Shown here: positions 38,701 to 53,421 of the stretch, piece after piece
How positions within the stretch are numbered: the stretch's first letter is position 1
Layout: each line of letters opens with the position of its first letter
DNA from: Octopus vulgaris
Taxonomy: Eukaryota
DNA length: 64,000 nt
Direction of reading: 5' to 3'
Assembly: GCA_951406725.2 (NCBI GenBank)
Contig: OX597819.1
Coordinates: 131,440,001-131,504,000 of the forward strand
Position numbers and translations under genes: made by a program
Notes under the pieces: model-generated
The model's database searches: none
Told to the model about the DNA's origin: nothing
Seen by the model: only the letters and a program-made list of their open reading frames with translations

Positions 38701-41700
38701 CAGTTTTTTTCTTTCTTTCTTTTCGGTGATTTCTACTGATTTAATAATAATAATACAAGTCATTTTACCGAGAATGGTAGAATGGTGTGTAGCTGATACA
38801 ATAAATGTCTGTACAAATACTTTTACTTTCAAAAGAATTTCAGAACGGAGCCACTTTTTAAAATATGAAAGATAAAGATTATATATGTAGTGTGTGACTA
38901 CTGAACCCTAATTATCTTTATAAAAGGGATGCTGAATAAAACACTTTAGGGGTCTGAGAGCTGGCCTTGATTTTTTCTTCTTTTTCTCAATATATGAACC
39001 CTCGGTCTTGGATATCTGCGGGTTTTTTTTGGGGGGGGGGTTGTCACGGATTTTTGTCAGTGAACAGGTCATCGAGGTCTTAAAGCGACGAAAATATTTT
39101 GACAAATTAAACTTAAATGTTGAAGTGAATCGAACGGCTTTTGTGTGTTTCTTAAATGGCTTACAAACACCTTCCACGCTGCAATTGTTATTATTCCTAT
39201 TTACAATAAGTTTTGAATTCCATATTCTGAATGAAATGCTTTGCCATGTTTGTTCTGCTAGTTTTAGAACGTTGCTGCAAAACTTAACGTGGCTGAGTAT
39301 CCGTTAGCTGAACCAGTTATACTAACAAACCTCATTTTAGCAACAAATGTTTCTATGTAATATATTCCCCCCCCCCCCCCATATAAGATTACTAACAGTG
39401 TTTACTACAGGAACTATTAATTGCCAATTAGCAACTGTGATTGTTGATTTTGATTAGATATAAAGTTTCTGTAGAAATTTGATAAGTGTTAACTTATTAA
39501 AGAAGTGCGGCTCTGGAGCCATTCGTGCTCCCCCCCCCCCACTAAGACACCAAGTGCAACCAGGCAGGAAAGACCCACCCGACTGGTGTGTTGTATCAAA
39601 GCCAAGTCGACATGGAATCGCAGAGTTGGCTCATTGGAAACTTCTTACCTAGAACTGTAAAACTCTATACATCCACCGTCAAAGAATTCGGTTAACTTTT
39701 ATACTAAGACCTGCTTAATTCTTTTGTGCAGACACAAATGAAGAATCTGTTTGTCCGATATCTTTTTTTTTTATTATTATTATTGTTGTTGGGTTGAGTT
39801 GGGTGTTAGTGAAGCGTGTTCTCAACCCGTTCGTGTTTCTCCCCTTCTTTTGATCAAACTGTAAGCTGATATCTGTAACCTGTGAGAATATCACACACTG
39901 ACAAGATTTACGAAAAGTTCCCACGCTTTGCCCCTCCCTTCTCAGTTTTGCCTCTTCTAACTTCTAAATGCCTCTTTAAAAAAATATAATAAAAAGGTAA
40001 CTCTTGTTCGCTGCACCATTTTCTCTCTCTATCTCTCTCTCTCTTTCGAATTTCTGAAGGGTGCCTAAGTTGTTGGAGTCGCTTTAACAACTGTGTCAGT
40101 AGTTTTGGTAGCTGAATTGTAAACTAAAGACGCAACTGAGTTGTAAGACAAGTACTTTGGAAGAAAACTTCATTTAAAACCAGCTGTTTTATATTTCTTT
40201 TCAGGTGGATACAGGCAACAAGTTTATTAAAACATGACCTATATAGGGATTTAGGTTTTAAATGTAGTCAGGAATGTTGCGCCAGCGCATTCAAAGACGA
40301 AGTGTTCGGTGGTGCTATGCAGTTGTAAAAAATGTATTAATTTAATTAGAACATATTAAAATATACCTACGTCTGAAACACTGTACGAAGTGCGTTGGTT
40401 TGGGGGAATTGTTGACATTGGTTGTAGGAAGGCTTAATTTTCTTAATTTTGACGAGGTTAAAACCAGGGTTTAGGGCTCAGCAGATTGTAAGGAATCACG
40501 AGTCGCCTTGACTCGACACCGATTAGTTTATTTCCCTTCAAGTAATTACTTCTTGGCCTTAATTAAGAAACAGTTCCAATTGTTTTAATTTTTTTCTTTT
40601 TACTGCAGCTTAAAAAAATTTTTTAATTGAATGAATTCTACCCTGGTATTTACTTAAAAGCCGGGTACTTTATCGGTTACCTTTTGCCGAACCGCTAAGT
40701 TTCGCTGGCGTAAACACAACACCAGTTGTCGAGCGGTGGTGGGGAACAGCACGCATAACGGGCTTCTTTCAGTTTCCGTCTAACCAAATCCATTGAAAGC
40801 GTTGGTTGGCCCAGTGCTATTATAGTAGAGGAACCTCTTAGCCAAGCTGCCACTATTGTTTTTAATTACTCTCACGAAACGTATCTAAGACTACACCATT
40901 CCATGTGCTTTGTGTAAGACGTTTGATTTGAGGGAAATTTGACTGCTATTTCTGATTTTGTTTCGCGTCATTGATGTACAAAAATATCTTGAGTCTTTAT
41001 TTAAAATGTAAAATTAAAATAAAGACAATTCTTTCTAGAATTAAGGGTACAGACAGAAAGGTTTATAATAAGCAATAAATTGTATATTGCATAGTGTAGG
41101 CGCTGTTAAGCAAATACTTGGGTGGCAAGGAACTGGGGTCGTATTTCAGTTGTGTACCAAACTGGTCAGTCAGGATTTCAACCGAAATCTAAATACGATA
41201 GGAGTAAAACAATTTTCTGTGATGTTGGCTTTTGTTTCAATCAATAACCTCAAAGATACAATCTTGGTCTGAACGAGTTAAGATTCGCGGCTCTTCTCGG
41301 CCTCCAAAACACTGCGTTTAACACGTTGAGTGCCAAGGGGGGAAATGTGTAAATTGGCCCCGTGTGCCACACGTGTTTTTTGTTTTTTTTTTCATATTCG
41401 TTTAGTATTTCAATTGTATACGCGACACATTTGTAAAGTGCCGTATATAAATGGCACTCAATGTGTTAAATCATTGCAGAAGTTGACGGATGAGTGTCAA
41501 ATCCAACTTGAGATCGCACCCAGGGTTTCACTCCCGGATTTATAATAAGGATTATTACTTCACAGCGTTTGCCCTACGAGGTGAAGTTGTTTGCCCTTAA
41601 ATTAGGGGCCTGTAATTTTGGGCAGGGAGGGGAGGGTCTCGTGTCAAACATGGCAATCATACCCTTAAGTAATGACATGAAGTTTTTGAGTAAGAATTAG

Positions 41701-44018
41701 GAAATCAGTTGGCGGACGTAAGGAATGTGGACCGCACCACCTTTCGTCTTTGTTTTTTTTTTTATTTACAGACACCCCCCACACACATTTTCGAGTACGG
41801 AGATTCTGATTCTGCAAAATCGGGATGGATATCATTCTTCACATTCAAGTTTAAGAAAGACAAAAAGGTGGGGGGGGGGGGTCAGCCAACAGCTAATTAT
41901 TTTGTATTGCATTTAGTGTAAGGTCTTGTATGAATTGGAAAAAAGAAAAATATTTTCACGAAAAATTGCAGAATAGATAAAATCACCATTTTTCATTCGT
42001 GATCTCCGAATAAAATGACATCACTTGGGAATTGTAAAGCTAAAAGCTTTGTGTGTGTGTGTGGAGTATATGGTATAGGTGTGTTTAATAGTTTAATGGG
42101 CATTAAAGGGACAACGTCGATGCAGTTTATGGCTAATTTAGAAGAAAATGTGTTGATGGCGATGACAACCAGTCCGCAGTAAAGGGGCGAGGAGGGGGGG
42201 GCTAATTGTTGGTCATTCGCTGCTACTCCTGGCAGTTCAGACACCTTTGCACCCTTCATGCGACAATCCTCCAACCCATGGGTCTGTTCAGGTGGTCTTT
42301 GCTGTTGAGGGTTTTAGAAGGTCGCAGTGCAAATCCCACCTCAAATCCCTTTCAGTCGCCCCTATTTTAAGACACAGGAAACGTTGGGTCTATTTTTAAA
42401 CATGCCGGTCTCCTACACGCACACATCAAGCAAAAATACACTTCCATCAGATGTAATGTTAAGACCGCAAAGTGATCAGAAAAAAACTGAGATTTCGGGA
42501 CCCATGTTATCCGAAGACCCCTCTCCGCCGCCAGAAATTACAGTGAACTGAGGATATCTCGAGGGGCACGCGTGTTTATATTTAAAGGATATATAAACTT
42601 TCAAAATACATTGTGTGTGTGTAAGAGATGGGAGCAGACGTTTAAAAGTTGTTGAAACATTAGTCAACGTGTTTAACGACCGGATTTTATTATTTCAATG
42701 ATGGATCCGGTGTTACCCACGTCGGAATGGCACCGGATTAGCGGAACTGGATAAAGTTTAGATTTATGGAGGCAACTTGGCCAAAGTGTGTGTGTGTGTG
42801 TTTAATAACTTTTTACGTGATTTAGTGAAGAAAAGGCTGTGAGGTGGGGGTAGTGTTTTCACAGATGGAAGGGAACCATACCAGAATGTTGGCTGTAGAA
42901 TAGATTCCATTGAAGGGGTTTAAAACCGGATTTTCACCCCCAAAACAGCGGCGAATTTCTTGATGGGGTCCCATAGTTTGTTTACCTAATTTCACTTAGG
43001 AGACTTCATTGGAACTGAAACCCGAAACCATGGAGGTGCGAAGCGACACTTAATCACCAGTGTTTTATAGTAAAATTATTAATATTTCTGTAGGGACACA
43101 ATGCAATTAAGGTGTAGCGGGATTTGGATAGCCAGGAAGGTGCGCGAGAAACTTGTTAACCCATTTTCTTATAATATTAAAAATAATTTTGTTTCGTTTT
43201 ATTGATTATGGATCGTGGTTTCTCTTTGGTTCATTCACGTTTTCAGCTTGTTATCTGCTGTATATAAACACGAAACATTTCGGAGAAACTTTACTTACCG
43301 ACCGAAAGCGAGTTCTGAAATTTGGTTATAGAATTTTTGGTATTCGTTAGGAAGGGCATCAGCTGTAGAAACACTGCAAGATCAGACTGGAGCCTGGTGC
43401 AGCCTCCTGGCTTCCCAGACTCCGGTCGAACCGTCTAACCCGTGCTAGCACGGAAAGCGGACGTTAGACGATGATGATGATTATGTTTAAGAGATAAAAC
43501 TTCTCCAAGAACTGTCAGGAACTTGTAATGATTCATGTTCAATTAATTCCGATCTTAACTCCAGCAATTTGGAATTGGTTTATGAAAGGTTCGCTTCTCC
43601 TTTCCCTTACCTTCATAACTTTGATATTGACACAAGACCTGTCTGTCTGAAATGAAGTATATTTTGCTTTCCTCTGACAGTTGTATAACAGAAAAATCTT
43701 CAACATTTCAATAACAAATTTTGCTGAGGTTGTTGGGTTGCACGTCATCCTACAAACATTTGTTTTATCATTAAAATGTCTTCACAAATTGGAGCAAGCA
43801 GTTATTTTGTGTGTGTCCAAGAACTCGAAGCTCCTCGCACCACAAAGTATGCTTACATATTTTATAGTAAATGCTGATACCAGTAATATAAACGGGTTGA
43901 TTTAACTAAACTCTTACAAAATTGACCACAACAAATAATTTGAAGTGCATTTTTTTCCGTAAATATTTTTTTAAATTACGTTTTTGTTGGAATAGTTGTT
44001 CTCTTTCTCTTCTCGTAG

Positions 44019-44073
44019 ATACTACGACCAACTTGTTGCCATTGAAAACAAGCTACCAATTTCAGAAAACCAG
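44019..44073 (+). CDS. PDCD6IP: ALIX exon 2
   Basis: Pyrimidine tract + tag acceptor; (R)YYDQLVAIENKLPISENQ; donor cag|gtactg; 55 nt, phase matches exon 1. Confidence 0.93.
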
Positions 44074-44734
44074 GTACTGTGCCATTTTTCTTCTTCTCTT
44101 CTTTCGTCTCTGTTTTAACTATGGAACAAAATCAAAGCCCTAAATACAATTGTCTTTAATGGGATAAAAATAGATGTATACCAGGTGAGGAGGATGAGTC
44201 GTGCGTGTCTGTTTAGCTCTGCACACATCAACACACAAGCTCCATCACCATCTGTTGTGATGAGAAGATGGATGTGTGTGTTACAACACAGACGTCCGAC
44301 GGCTGAATGGAGGAGATGCTAACACACGGGGGGGGGGGGATACAAGGATGCGACATTAACATTTTGTTAGAATTATCAACGTGTGCCATACTATTTCAGA
44401 ATAATATTACCCTGTCTTTGATTTTGTTCCATTCTTTCTGCACTTTTTCATTAATTTAAATAAGTGACGATGGAAAGGGGAAACCTTATTTTCTTAATTG
44501 TGTGGGACAGCAACAGTGAAAGTGGAAACGGTGATGAGGGGTGAATAACGAACGATATACTTTCCAAATATGTTCTTTTTGAAGTCGGCATCTTCACCAT
44601 TACTTTCATCTTTCTAGATTTAACACCATCTTCGGGATCGGAGTAACAAGTTCAAAAGAAATTAGGCATTTATGAAAACTATAAATGTCCAAGTTTAAAA
44701 AACAGTAAAATTTCCACATAAGTCAATCTTGCTA

Positions 44735-44776
<42 letters not shown>

Positions 44777-47700
44777 CTGTATTTGGTCGACGACTGACCC
44801 TGTCTGAGATATAGTGTAACTAAGGCGTTCCTTCGTTATTGGTCTACAGTGTGTCGGTGCGAGGGGACAGCGTCATTTACCCTGTTTTTCAGCCTAGTCT
44901 CTTCATGTCATGATGGGAAGGTATGTGTGGGGTGAATGACGTTGTATACCAATATCGAAAGATTGCCTAGTTTTAGTTAACAGATCTGTTATTCATTTAA
45001 ACGTATCATTCTGATCCCACCCTGCCTGACGCCGCCCTTGGGTCAGATATTAAATCAACTGTTTTGAAGGGATTTAAATTAAAATCTTCCACCAAACTTG
45101 TGTTTCGGACACCTGCTTAAATATGTTATTTCATGAAATTATTTTCAAAATTATCTGAAACAAAGTCTGTCGATTTCAACAGAAATATGGTAATAAAAGG
45201 GTTAAAAGGACTTATTTTGTATAATTAGCAAGTTAATTATAATTATTGGTCACGTATGAAGAAATGTAACATTTTGAGGAAAGTCATAAATATTTGATTT
45301 TAATCTTTATCAAGGCTGCTTGTTATTTAAAAGAGAAAAAAAATGTTTTTAAATAAAATTTTCCCATAAAAGGTCTTTTGTTTTGAATGATAATATTGTG
45401 AGAATTGACAGAAGGCATGTTTAGATAAAATTTGGTGGTTCCACAGTTGGTTGCTGAAATAGCGACGACATAAGTCTTTGGTTCTCTGGCAATGACCACC
45501 CCCACCAACCCAACTAATGGCAGGTCTTGTAGTATTTACAAAACAACTATCCCAGATTTTATACTCTCCTCTGCTGAACGCATTTTCGTTTCACATTTTG
45601 TGTTTGTTTGTTCTTTTTTAGCGAGTCTTCATTAACTGTCTACATTTATATCTAATAACAGAACTATTTATGATAATTAATTTCTAATATAAACAGTTTT
45701 AACAACATATTTCCTTCTCATTCGTCACAATTTAACCTTGTTTTCAAACGTTTCAATAGTTTTAAAATATCGCTTCTTCCTTTTCTGAATATCTATAAAG
45801 ACTCAATATATTTTTTTTATTGCAATAATTCGTTATCGAAAAGGCTGCGAGGTTTTTTGTTTTTTTGAAGTCTTTCTCTATATCCAGATGTTATTAAACC
45901 GTGTTAAAATTATAAATTACATTAACCCTGTTCAGTTTGTTTCGTTTTTTTTAAATGGCATCGTATAGTGTAGTGTGAGAGAGAGAAAGAGAGAGTAGGC
46001 ATAATGTTTAGTACTGGCACCAGCAGAAGATGGAGTGAAAAGTAGGCCTCCTCTGGGTCAGCTGGAAATTGTGCCGTGTTTTGTTTATGGCAATTGATAG
46101 TTGAAGCGGGAGGAGGCTGTATATATATAAGTGTGTGTGTGTAGTTGAAGTGTGTATATATATAACAATTTCTAGTCAAAGTGTGTATATATGATGTTTA
46201 TAGTTGAAGTGTGTCTATATAACATTTCCTGTCAAATAACGTTTATTAAACGTTGATGATATTTCGTGATCTGAACTGTCAAATTGTTCCCCTGGTAACT
46301 TGTGGGTGGTGGTGGTAATAATGGAGATTTAGGGTTAGGGATTTAGTTAGCATTCCTGGCAGAATATTTTGAAATTTTATTGAATATTTAGGCTTCAAAA
46401 AATGAAAGGGTCATTTCTTCGTGTCATTTGCCATTTTGACGTCTGTGTTTAGATCGTATTGTAAAGAATATTAGAAATAGACTCTGCTCACTGCTAACAT
46501 TATCTCATGTAGAACTCAATGCATTATTTTGGCAATGTTTCGATGGTAGTCTCAGATTTCGGCAATTTCCGTAAAGAGTTTTTGTTTTTATTTTCATGTC
46601 CTATTTGACGATTGCTCAGAAGTCGGTGAAGGAGGCGAAAGGGTGTGTCAGACGAGTACAAACAGTAATGATAGCATTTGGCTTTTCCAGAATTGTTAGA
46701 ATGTCAGTGTTAATATTTTGCCACCATTTCCCCGGATATTTACTGCTTTAAGCTATATTTTAGCTAAAAAAAATTTAAACTCTTTGAGTCTGGGAATAAG
46801 GGGACAAAATCAAAACACTGGCATCGAAAAGAAACTGTCTGAATTCCATAGTATTTACAGTTGGGATTGATTTCTCGTTTGGATTAGTCTGGATTTAGAT
46901 TAGTGATTCTGAACTAGTTTTTACTTATGACCCCCCCCCCCCCATTCCTGTTACATTCTACTGGACTCTCATAAGCATTTGGTGTTAAAAAAAACCCATC
47001 TATTTTTATTAATTAATTATTATTAGGAATTGTATTAAAAAAATTTTAATATTTTGTGCATTGTGGAAGATTAACCAATTTAACAAGAAAATCCCAGTTG
47101 GACCCCAAAAGGGTCATATGAATCCTAGTTGAGAAACTATTAGTGTATCTGGTTGAGTTCTGCTTGGCCAAATCTTTCTTATTCCTTTATTTTGTTGACA
47201 TTAAAAGTCTACCCCCAGCCACTTAAAATAGATCAGTTTTGGTGCTTATTTATAACAAATGGGAAATTCCAAACTGCCTGTGTGTCAATTACAACTTCAC
47301 AGTTTTGGCTTTATCATCATCATCATCATCATCACCATACCTTTGTCTCATTAAACTGTTTTATTTCCTTCTGCTTGAGTCAACTTCCAGTCTAGTTCTT
47401 CCTCTTTTAATTGACTTCTGTTTTTTTTATCGAAAGGCTGCCTCAAATCTTTACAATTCTCTTCCCGTATGTTTTTTTGTGAAATCTAAAATTTTACTTT
47501 TCTTCTGTTGTTTTGTCCAGGTTCACATTTTTGTTATTTAATTTCTAGAGTTTGAGGCTTACTTTACAATCCAAATAACTCATTACTTTTACAGTTTACT
47601 TTCGAGTGAATTTCTTCTGTATTGGCTGTTGTTTGGCGATCTGTTTAATTTCCTCAAATTTCCTTTCTCTGTTGTAATTTTTGCTGCTAATTTCTACCAG

Positions 47701-47857
47701 GGTTCTATCTGCCTTCAACAAATTAGGATGAAGTCAGTTGTTGACTGCCATGACACTGCATCCTTTAAGGCCCTCATGCTTTCCGAAATCCGCCGAAACT
47801 ACACCTGATTATATATACACTTTAGATGAGTTGTAGTGCACCTGAGCACTGTACACA

Positions 47858-47893
<36 letters not shown>

Positions 47894-48632
47894 TATAAGT
47901 GAATGAATGGATAAACTTTTAGTGGCATCAAACTTCAGTTAAATCATCTTTAAAAATAGCCATTTGTAATGACTTCATAAAATGGTGAATTGGCAGCACA
48001 ATGAACAAAATGCTGCACATTTCTTCTGGCTCTTCACATCCTCAAGTACCAGAAATTGCTTGGGCGCAATTTTGTTTTTCAACCCTTTGAGGGTTGATAG
48101 TCAAAGTACCAGTCATGTACTTGGGATCAGTGTAAATGACTCACATTCTCTTTGCTAGAAATCTGATTTTAGTCTCTTATACGCCATTGGAACTGGGTGA
48201 CCTTCTTTAGGAGTTGAACCAGAGATAAATTCACCTCCTGTTCTTCACTATTTCACTTAAAAATTAGTGGTAAGAAAACTCCCTTAAGCAAGTGTTTTGG
48301 CCCTTAACTTACCCTTTAAGGGGTGCAGGCTACATCCAGGTCATGACTCCCGGGTACTTTCCTGCTGATGCTTTTTAGCCTCTTGGAAATCCGATTTGTA
48401 CATTTTAACTTCTTTGAGATTTCATTGAATTGTAACTCCTCTCCATTGACTCGGCTTTCAAACTTGGAAGAAATTCTGCTGGTTGCCATGGTAGCTTGAA
48501 TTTATTGTATAAATTATGTATTTCTGTATATATGTTGCATTGTTTGCCTTTTTCTTTTATAAAGAAATTAAACTGGTAATTACTAAAAAATGAAGATAAT
48601 CCATAAATGTTTCTTCTTTTTTTTTCTTTCAG

Positions 48633-48702
48633 ATTAGAATTCTATTCAAGTGGAAAGATGCTTTTGATAAAGAATCTTTTTTTTCAGGACGGAGAACACT
48701 TG
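48633..48702 (+). CDS. PDCD6IP: ALIX exon 3 (Bro1 WKDAF motif and Phe loop)
   Basis: tttcag acceptor; IRILFKWKDAFDKESFFSGRRTL; donor g|gtaagt; 70 nt. Confidence 0.95.
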
Positions 48703-49765
48703 GTAAGTAATTAAATTCCATTGCTAATCTCTTAATCCAGCATTCACAAGGACATTTCAAACGCCTCCCTTTGCACGTGGAGACAGTTGCAGGGAAATTG
48801 TTACTACAATCTCAACAAGATGTGTCACAGGTTGTATGGCATGCCGTTACTTTGCATTTGTTTCAGTCTTTAGACTGTGGCCATGCTGGGGTACTGCCTT
48901 CAGAAGAGTGAATCAATGCCAGGATTTATTTATAACCCTGGCACTTTATTGGTCTCTTTTGCCAAACCACAAAGTTACAGGGATGTAAACACACCAACAC
49001 CGGTTATCGAGTGGTGGCAGGGGATACACTCACACTCACGATCCGCTTCTTTCAGTTCCCATCTGCCAAATTCACTCAAAGCTTTGGTTGGCCCAAGGCT
49101 ATAGTAGAAAACACTTTGCCCATGGTGTGATGCAGTGGGACTGAACCCAGAACCATGTGGTTAGGAAGCAAACTTCTTGCCATGCCACATGACTTGAGGT
49201 ATGGGAATGTCTTCGTTTCTAAGGGCTTCCTTTACCTTCACTGTCAGACATACAAACTAATCTTGGGATTTTAAAGTAAGCTTTAAATTATGAGCAGGGT
49301 TCCTTAAGCTTTTACATCAGTCCAGAATTTGGACAAACCTTGTGATCTATCAATACGTATACCTTATTAGCAGGAGTAAGATGACGAAGCCTTCAATTCT
49401 GGGGTAGCCGTCCGTGTAGGCTTAGGGTCCAAATATACCTCAGAGGGCTGGAAGCTTTGGGTGATCTTAAAGCATTAACCAGATAAGTGTAATTCCATAG
49501 CAATGTAACAACAGTAATACCCTGGTTTAAAGCCAGCAAGGCAACCTATACATGGACGATTGTCTTGCTAGAAATAGCAGCTAAATTACCCTCAAATTAC
49601 ATGTTATCTTGAAAGGAACACTGAATAACGTAATTCTGGATTCCCAGTGAGGGCACACCTGGGCTAAACCACAACCATTGCTTCGTATTAACAATTATGT
49701 GTTTGTTTGAATTATTCTGGTCAAAGAGTCTTTTATTTTTTTTTTTTTTTTTCTTTTCTTTTTAG

Positions 49766-49893
49766 GTGTTGTTTCTGGAATGTATGAGAAAGTATGCATG
49801 TTGTTCAACATTGCTGCCTTACAAAGTCAAATTGCTGCCTCTCAGAATCACGACACTGATGAAGGACTGAAACTTTCAGTCAAATTATTTCAA
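49766..49893 (+). CDS. PDCD6IP: ALIX exon 4
   Basis: (G)[42 protein letters not shown] contains the Bro1 EK..LFN motif; tttag / gtaaga; 128 nt. Confidence 0.95.
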
Positions 49894-51877
49894 GTAAGAT
49901 CATTTGTTTGAACAAAATAAAACTGAAGACGTATTTAATTAATTTTCTAAACTCCTCTTTTGTTTCCATGTGTAACGACTCAAGTCATAATAATAAACTT
50001 TTATTGGTGGTAATATGACGTATTACCTGAATAGGTACAATTGTTAGTTTCCCGTTGGTTAAAATTACTGCCAATATTTGAATTCTAAACTTTCGTCAAA
50101 GAGAAATCTTTCATGAAATAAGGTTCTTAGAATTCAGGTTTGAACAGTTATAAAAACCCTGATTTTTGGGAAATTAATCAGTGATTGTTGGTTGTCACCT
50201 GACTCCACAACACTCACTCCTTTGAGATATTGGCTATTGTTATGCCATGTCTCTTACTGAGGAGGAATTACAACCGTGTTTCGTGGTCTGCTACAAGGCT
50301 ATTTTGAATTGTTGTGTAAAACTCTAGTAGCTTAGTATGGAAGAATTAGCTAGTATAAATTTGATGTCATAACTCTCTACGACAATTTTCTTTAACTTCT
50401 AAAATGTACTGGAAATATTAAATGTAAATAAACTAATTTAGTAAATACTTTCTCTTTCTTCATTTTCTTCAACCTGTAAATGAGATTTATTCCTGTAACT
50501 ATGAAACTGTTTTTATAGCGGTGAAAAAGAGCGTGTTTTATTTATCTTCAACATATATGCATGTTTCAGTGTCTTGGTGTATATAAATTTTTACGCAGCC
50601 TGAGTTAGGATTTATGTGTAGTAATAATACTTATAATTAAGTTATAAGTGACGGGTTTATCACCGTAGATTCCCACTCAAAAAAAAAAAAAAATGTATTT
50701 ATTATCTTTTCCAAGTTCGAACATGTTATAAACTGAAATTGGTAACCAACTGATGTGGATTACAAATTCTACTTTGGTGAATAATCACCATATAAATAAG
50801 ATCATCTCAGCCTGTTATAAAAGTGGTAACTCACCGTTAGAGATGGATAGATTTTAGATACATTTCCAATCATTTTACACCTGCTTTCCATGTTTTGTCA
50901 CAGAGTTCCACCCCTCAACTGGTCTCAAACTACATTTCACTTGTATTTTTGGCAGGACTTCTACTACAGGAAGCAAACTTTTTGTAGAATTTACTGGGAA
51001 TATTTTAGGATGGCACTGGTACTTGAGAGATTCGCAATGTCGAAAGAATCTTCTTCACTTGATGTCCATTTATTTGCCACTCACTTTGTTGTGAGTGTAC
51101 TTATGACTTGGTGTATTCCATTGTGGCACCAGTATCAGAGAGGTTACCTTGTCTCCTGCAACACTGTAAGAGTCCTCTCTGTTATCTGTTTGTTCAAAGC
51201 AATGTGACCCGGAGGGTGAATGAAATAGAGAAGAACAAGAAAACCAGGACAAGAGGATAAAAGGAGGAGGAGAGAAACCGGATGATTGGAGGAGTAATGG
51301 AGGAAAGATAGTGATAGGCAGTTTGTTGTAGTAAGGAGATTCACATGAAAACATCATGGATGGGTATATTAGAGGGGGAGGAGATAATGATTATATTTGT
51401 GAATGACAACTTGCCTAAGGTTTGAACTCCAAAGCTTTATATTTTACTACAATATTGTATGTTACTTCAGTATTACTGTATATTACAATGGTTTAACTTA
51501 TTAGATATCACTAATCTCCGAACAGTAATATTTATCTCCACTTAAAAGTGGATGTTGTGTTGGAACACAAAATACTGCATTATTTATTCTGAGGGAACCT
51601 CTTGTGTACTTTTGGTGCATATAAGCACTTGTGTTTCTATCATTAGCAGGAGATAATTGTCTGCTACTGCCACCGGAACTATCAGATCACATGATTTCGA
51701 CCTTCCTTAGCCTTGTCAGTGGTAGATATCTGCAGTTAGAGATAACAGTGATATATATATATATATATATGTTTTTGTGTGTATAAAATCTCAGTGTCTA
51801 TTCGGGCATTGGGTCACAGCCTTTTGGTACAAATACTGCTTGTGTCATTATTAATTATTACTAATTTCTGTTGTTAG

Positions 51878-52031
51878 CAATCAGCTGGTATATTTGGACA
51901 CTTGAAAGACATCGTATTGTCCCACACTCAACAAGAACCTACTCCTGACTTGAACCCAGAAACATTAGCTGCTATAAGTGCTCTCATGTTAGCACAGGCT
52001 CAAGAGGCTTTCTACAGGAAAGCGACATCTG
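51878..52031 (+). CDS. PDCD6IP: ALIX exon 5
   Basis: QSAGIFGHLKDIVLSHTQQEPTPDLNPETLAAISALMLAQAQEAFYRKATS contains the Bro1 LAQAQE motif; ttag / gtgagt; 154 nt. Confidence 0.95.
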
Positions 52032-52097
52032 GTGAGTTGAATGCAGAAACTTACAGTTTGTAATGAATCTGATTTTGAAAGAAAATGCAACTGCTAA

Positions 52098-52319
52098 CCC
52101 CTTGAATCCCACTGTCCTATAAATAGGACACTAAATGAGAACATTGAATAAGCTATAATCACATTGTCTCAGTGTCCTATTTATAGGACACTGAGTATTT
52201 TCATTTCTACTTGAAGTAAAGGAGTTTTAATAATAATTTTTTTCATTTTAACCTGTTTTCAATCATCGTAAAAAATTTTAAGTAATATTCAGAAATTTAA
52301 GTATCTGGGACTTAATGGG
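52098..52319. mobile_element. piggyBac-like MITE in ALIX intron 5
   Basis: ctaa|CCCCTTGAATCCCA ... TGGGACTTAATGGG|ttaa (11/14 TIR match, TTAA-type site); internal palindromes gtcctat..ataggac. Confidence 0.65.
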
Positions 52320-52378
52320 TTAAATACCAACATTAATTTTTTGTTTCAATGTCTTTTTTTTTTTCTTTCTTCAACCAG

Positions 52379-52488
52379 AGAATATGAATGACGGCATGGT
52401 TGCTAAACTTGCTTTACAATCTTCTGATCTTTATGCTGATGCGATGAAGCTTTTACAACTCCCGTCCATTCGAGAATTGTGGCCGAGG
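52379..52488 (+). CDS. PDCD6IP: ALIX exon 6
   Basis: (E)NMNDGMVAKLALQSSDLYADAMKLLQLPSIRELWPR; ccag / gtaagt; 110 nt. Confidence 0.93.
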
Positions 52489-53024
52489 GTAAGTTTCCGT
52501 ATAATACACTGTGAAATAGCTTGGAAAGATGACTTGTAAAATGATTCTGTATTTCTGAATAGCTCAGTCTGTTATCACGGGATCATGTAATCAACCAAAC
52601 TATCGGATGCTGTTAGGCATCGCTGGTCACAATGCGCTTTGCATTGTCTTAGCTTTGAATGATATCACCTGGCAAGCAGGCCAACACCACCCCCTGGTTG
52701 TGGGGAGGGAGGGAGGGAGGCTGGTCCTTTGCAGGGGTCACCTGTTTACAGCTGAAGGGACTGGAGCAAACTATAATGAAATCTTTTATTCAAGAGCACA
52801 ATGCTCTGTTTGGTCTGGGAACTGAACCCACAATCTAACAATTGTTAGTGCAGCATCTTAACCACTGGGCCATGCACCTTCACATCAGTCAGTCAGTCAT
52901 AATCTAAAAAGCAATCATTCGTTACTAGTAACATAACTGTCACTTTTAAAACCCACGTGGGTTAAGTTACATTTCTGAAGAAGATCTTCGGTTTCCGTAA
53001 AAAATTTTTAATTTTTTTACATAT

Positions 53025-53421
53025 GGCGCAGGAGTGGCTGTGTGGTAAGTAGCTTGCTAACCAACCACATGGTTCCGGGTTCAGTCCCACTGCGTGGCAC
53101 CTTGGGCAACTGTCTTCTGCTATAGCCCTGGGCCGACCAATGCCTTGTGAGTGGATTTGGTAGACGGAAACTGAAAGAAGCCTGTCGTATATATGTATAT
53201 ATATGTATGTGTGTGTGTTTGTGTGTCTGTGTTTGTCCCCCTAGCATTGCTTGACAACCGATGCTGGTGTGTTTACGTCGCCGTCTCTTAGCGGTTCAGC
53301 AAAAGAGACCGATAGAATAAGTACTGGGCTTACAAAGAATAAGTCCCGAGGTCGATTTGCTCGACTAAAGGCAGTGCTCCAGCATGGCCACAGTCAAATG
53401 ACTGAAACAAGTAAAAGAGAG
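53025..53421 (+). mobile_element. SINE family A, full length, in ALIX intron 6
   Basis: ggcgcaggagtggctgtgtgg...gactgaaacaagtaaaagagag; antisense copies in intron 3 (about 48860-49185) and intron 7 (about 54750-55120). Confidence 0.9.

Noticed and set aside
42705-42738. 11-bp hairpin atccggtgtta/tggcaccggat
   Set aside because: Too short for a pre-miRNA and has no Helitron-type CTRR end that I could verify.
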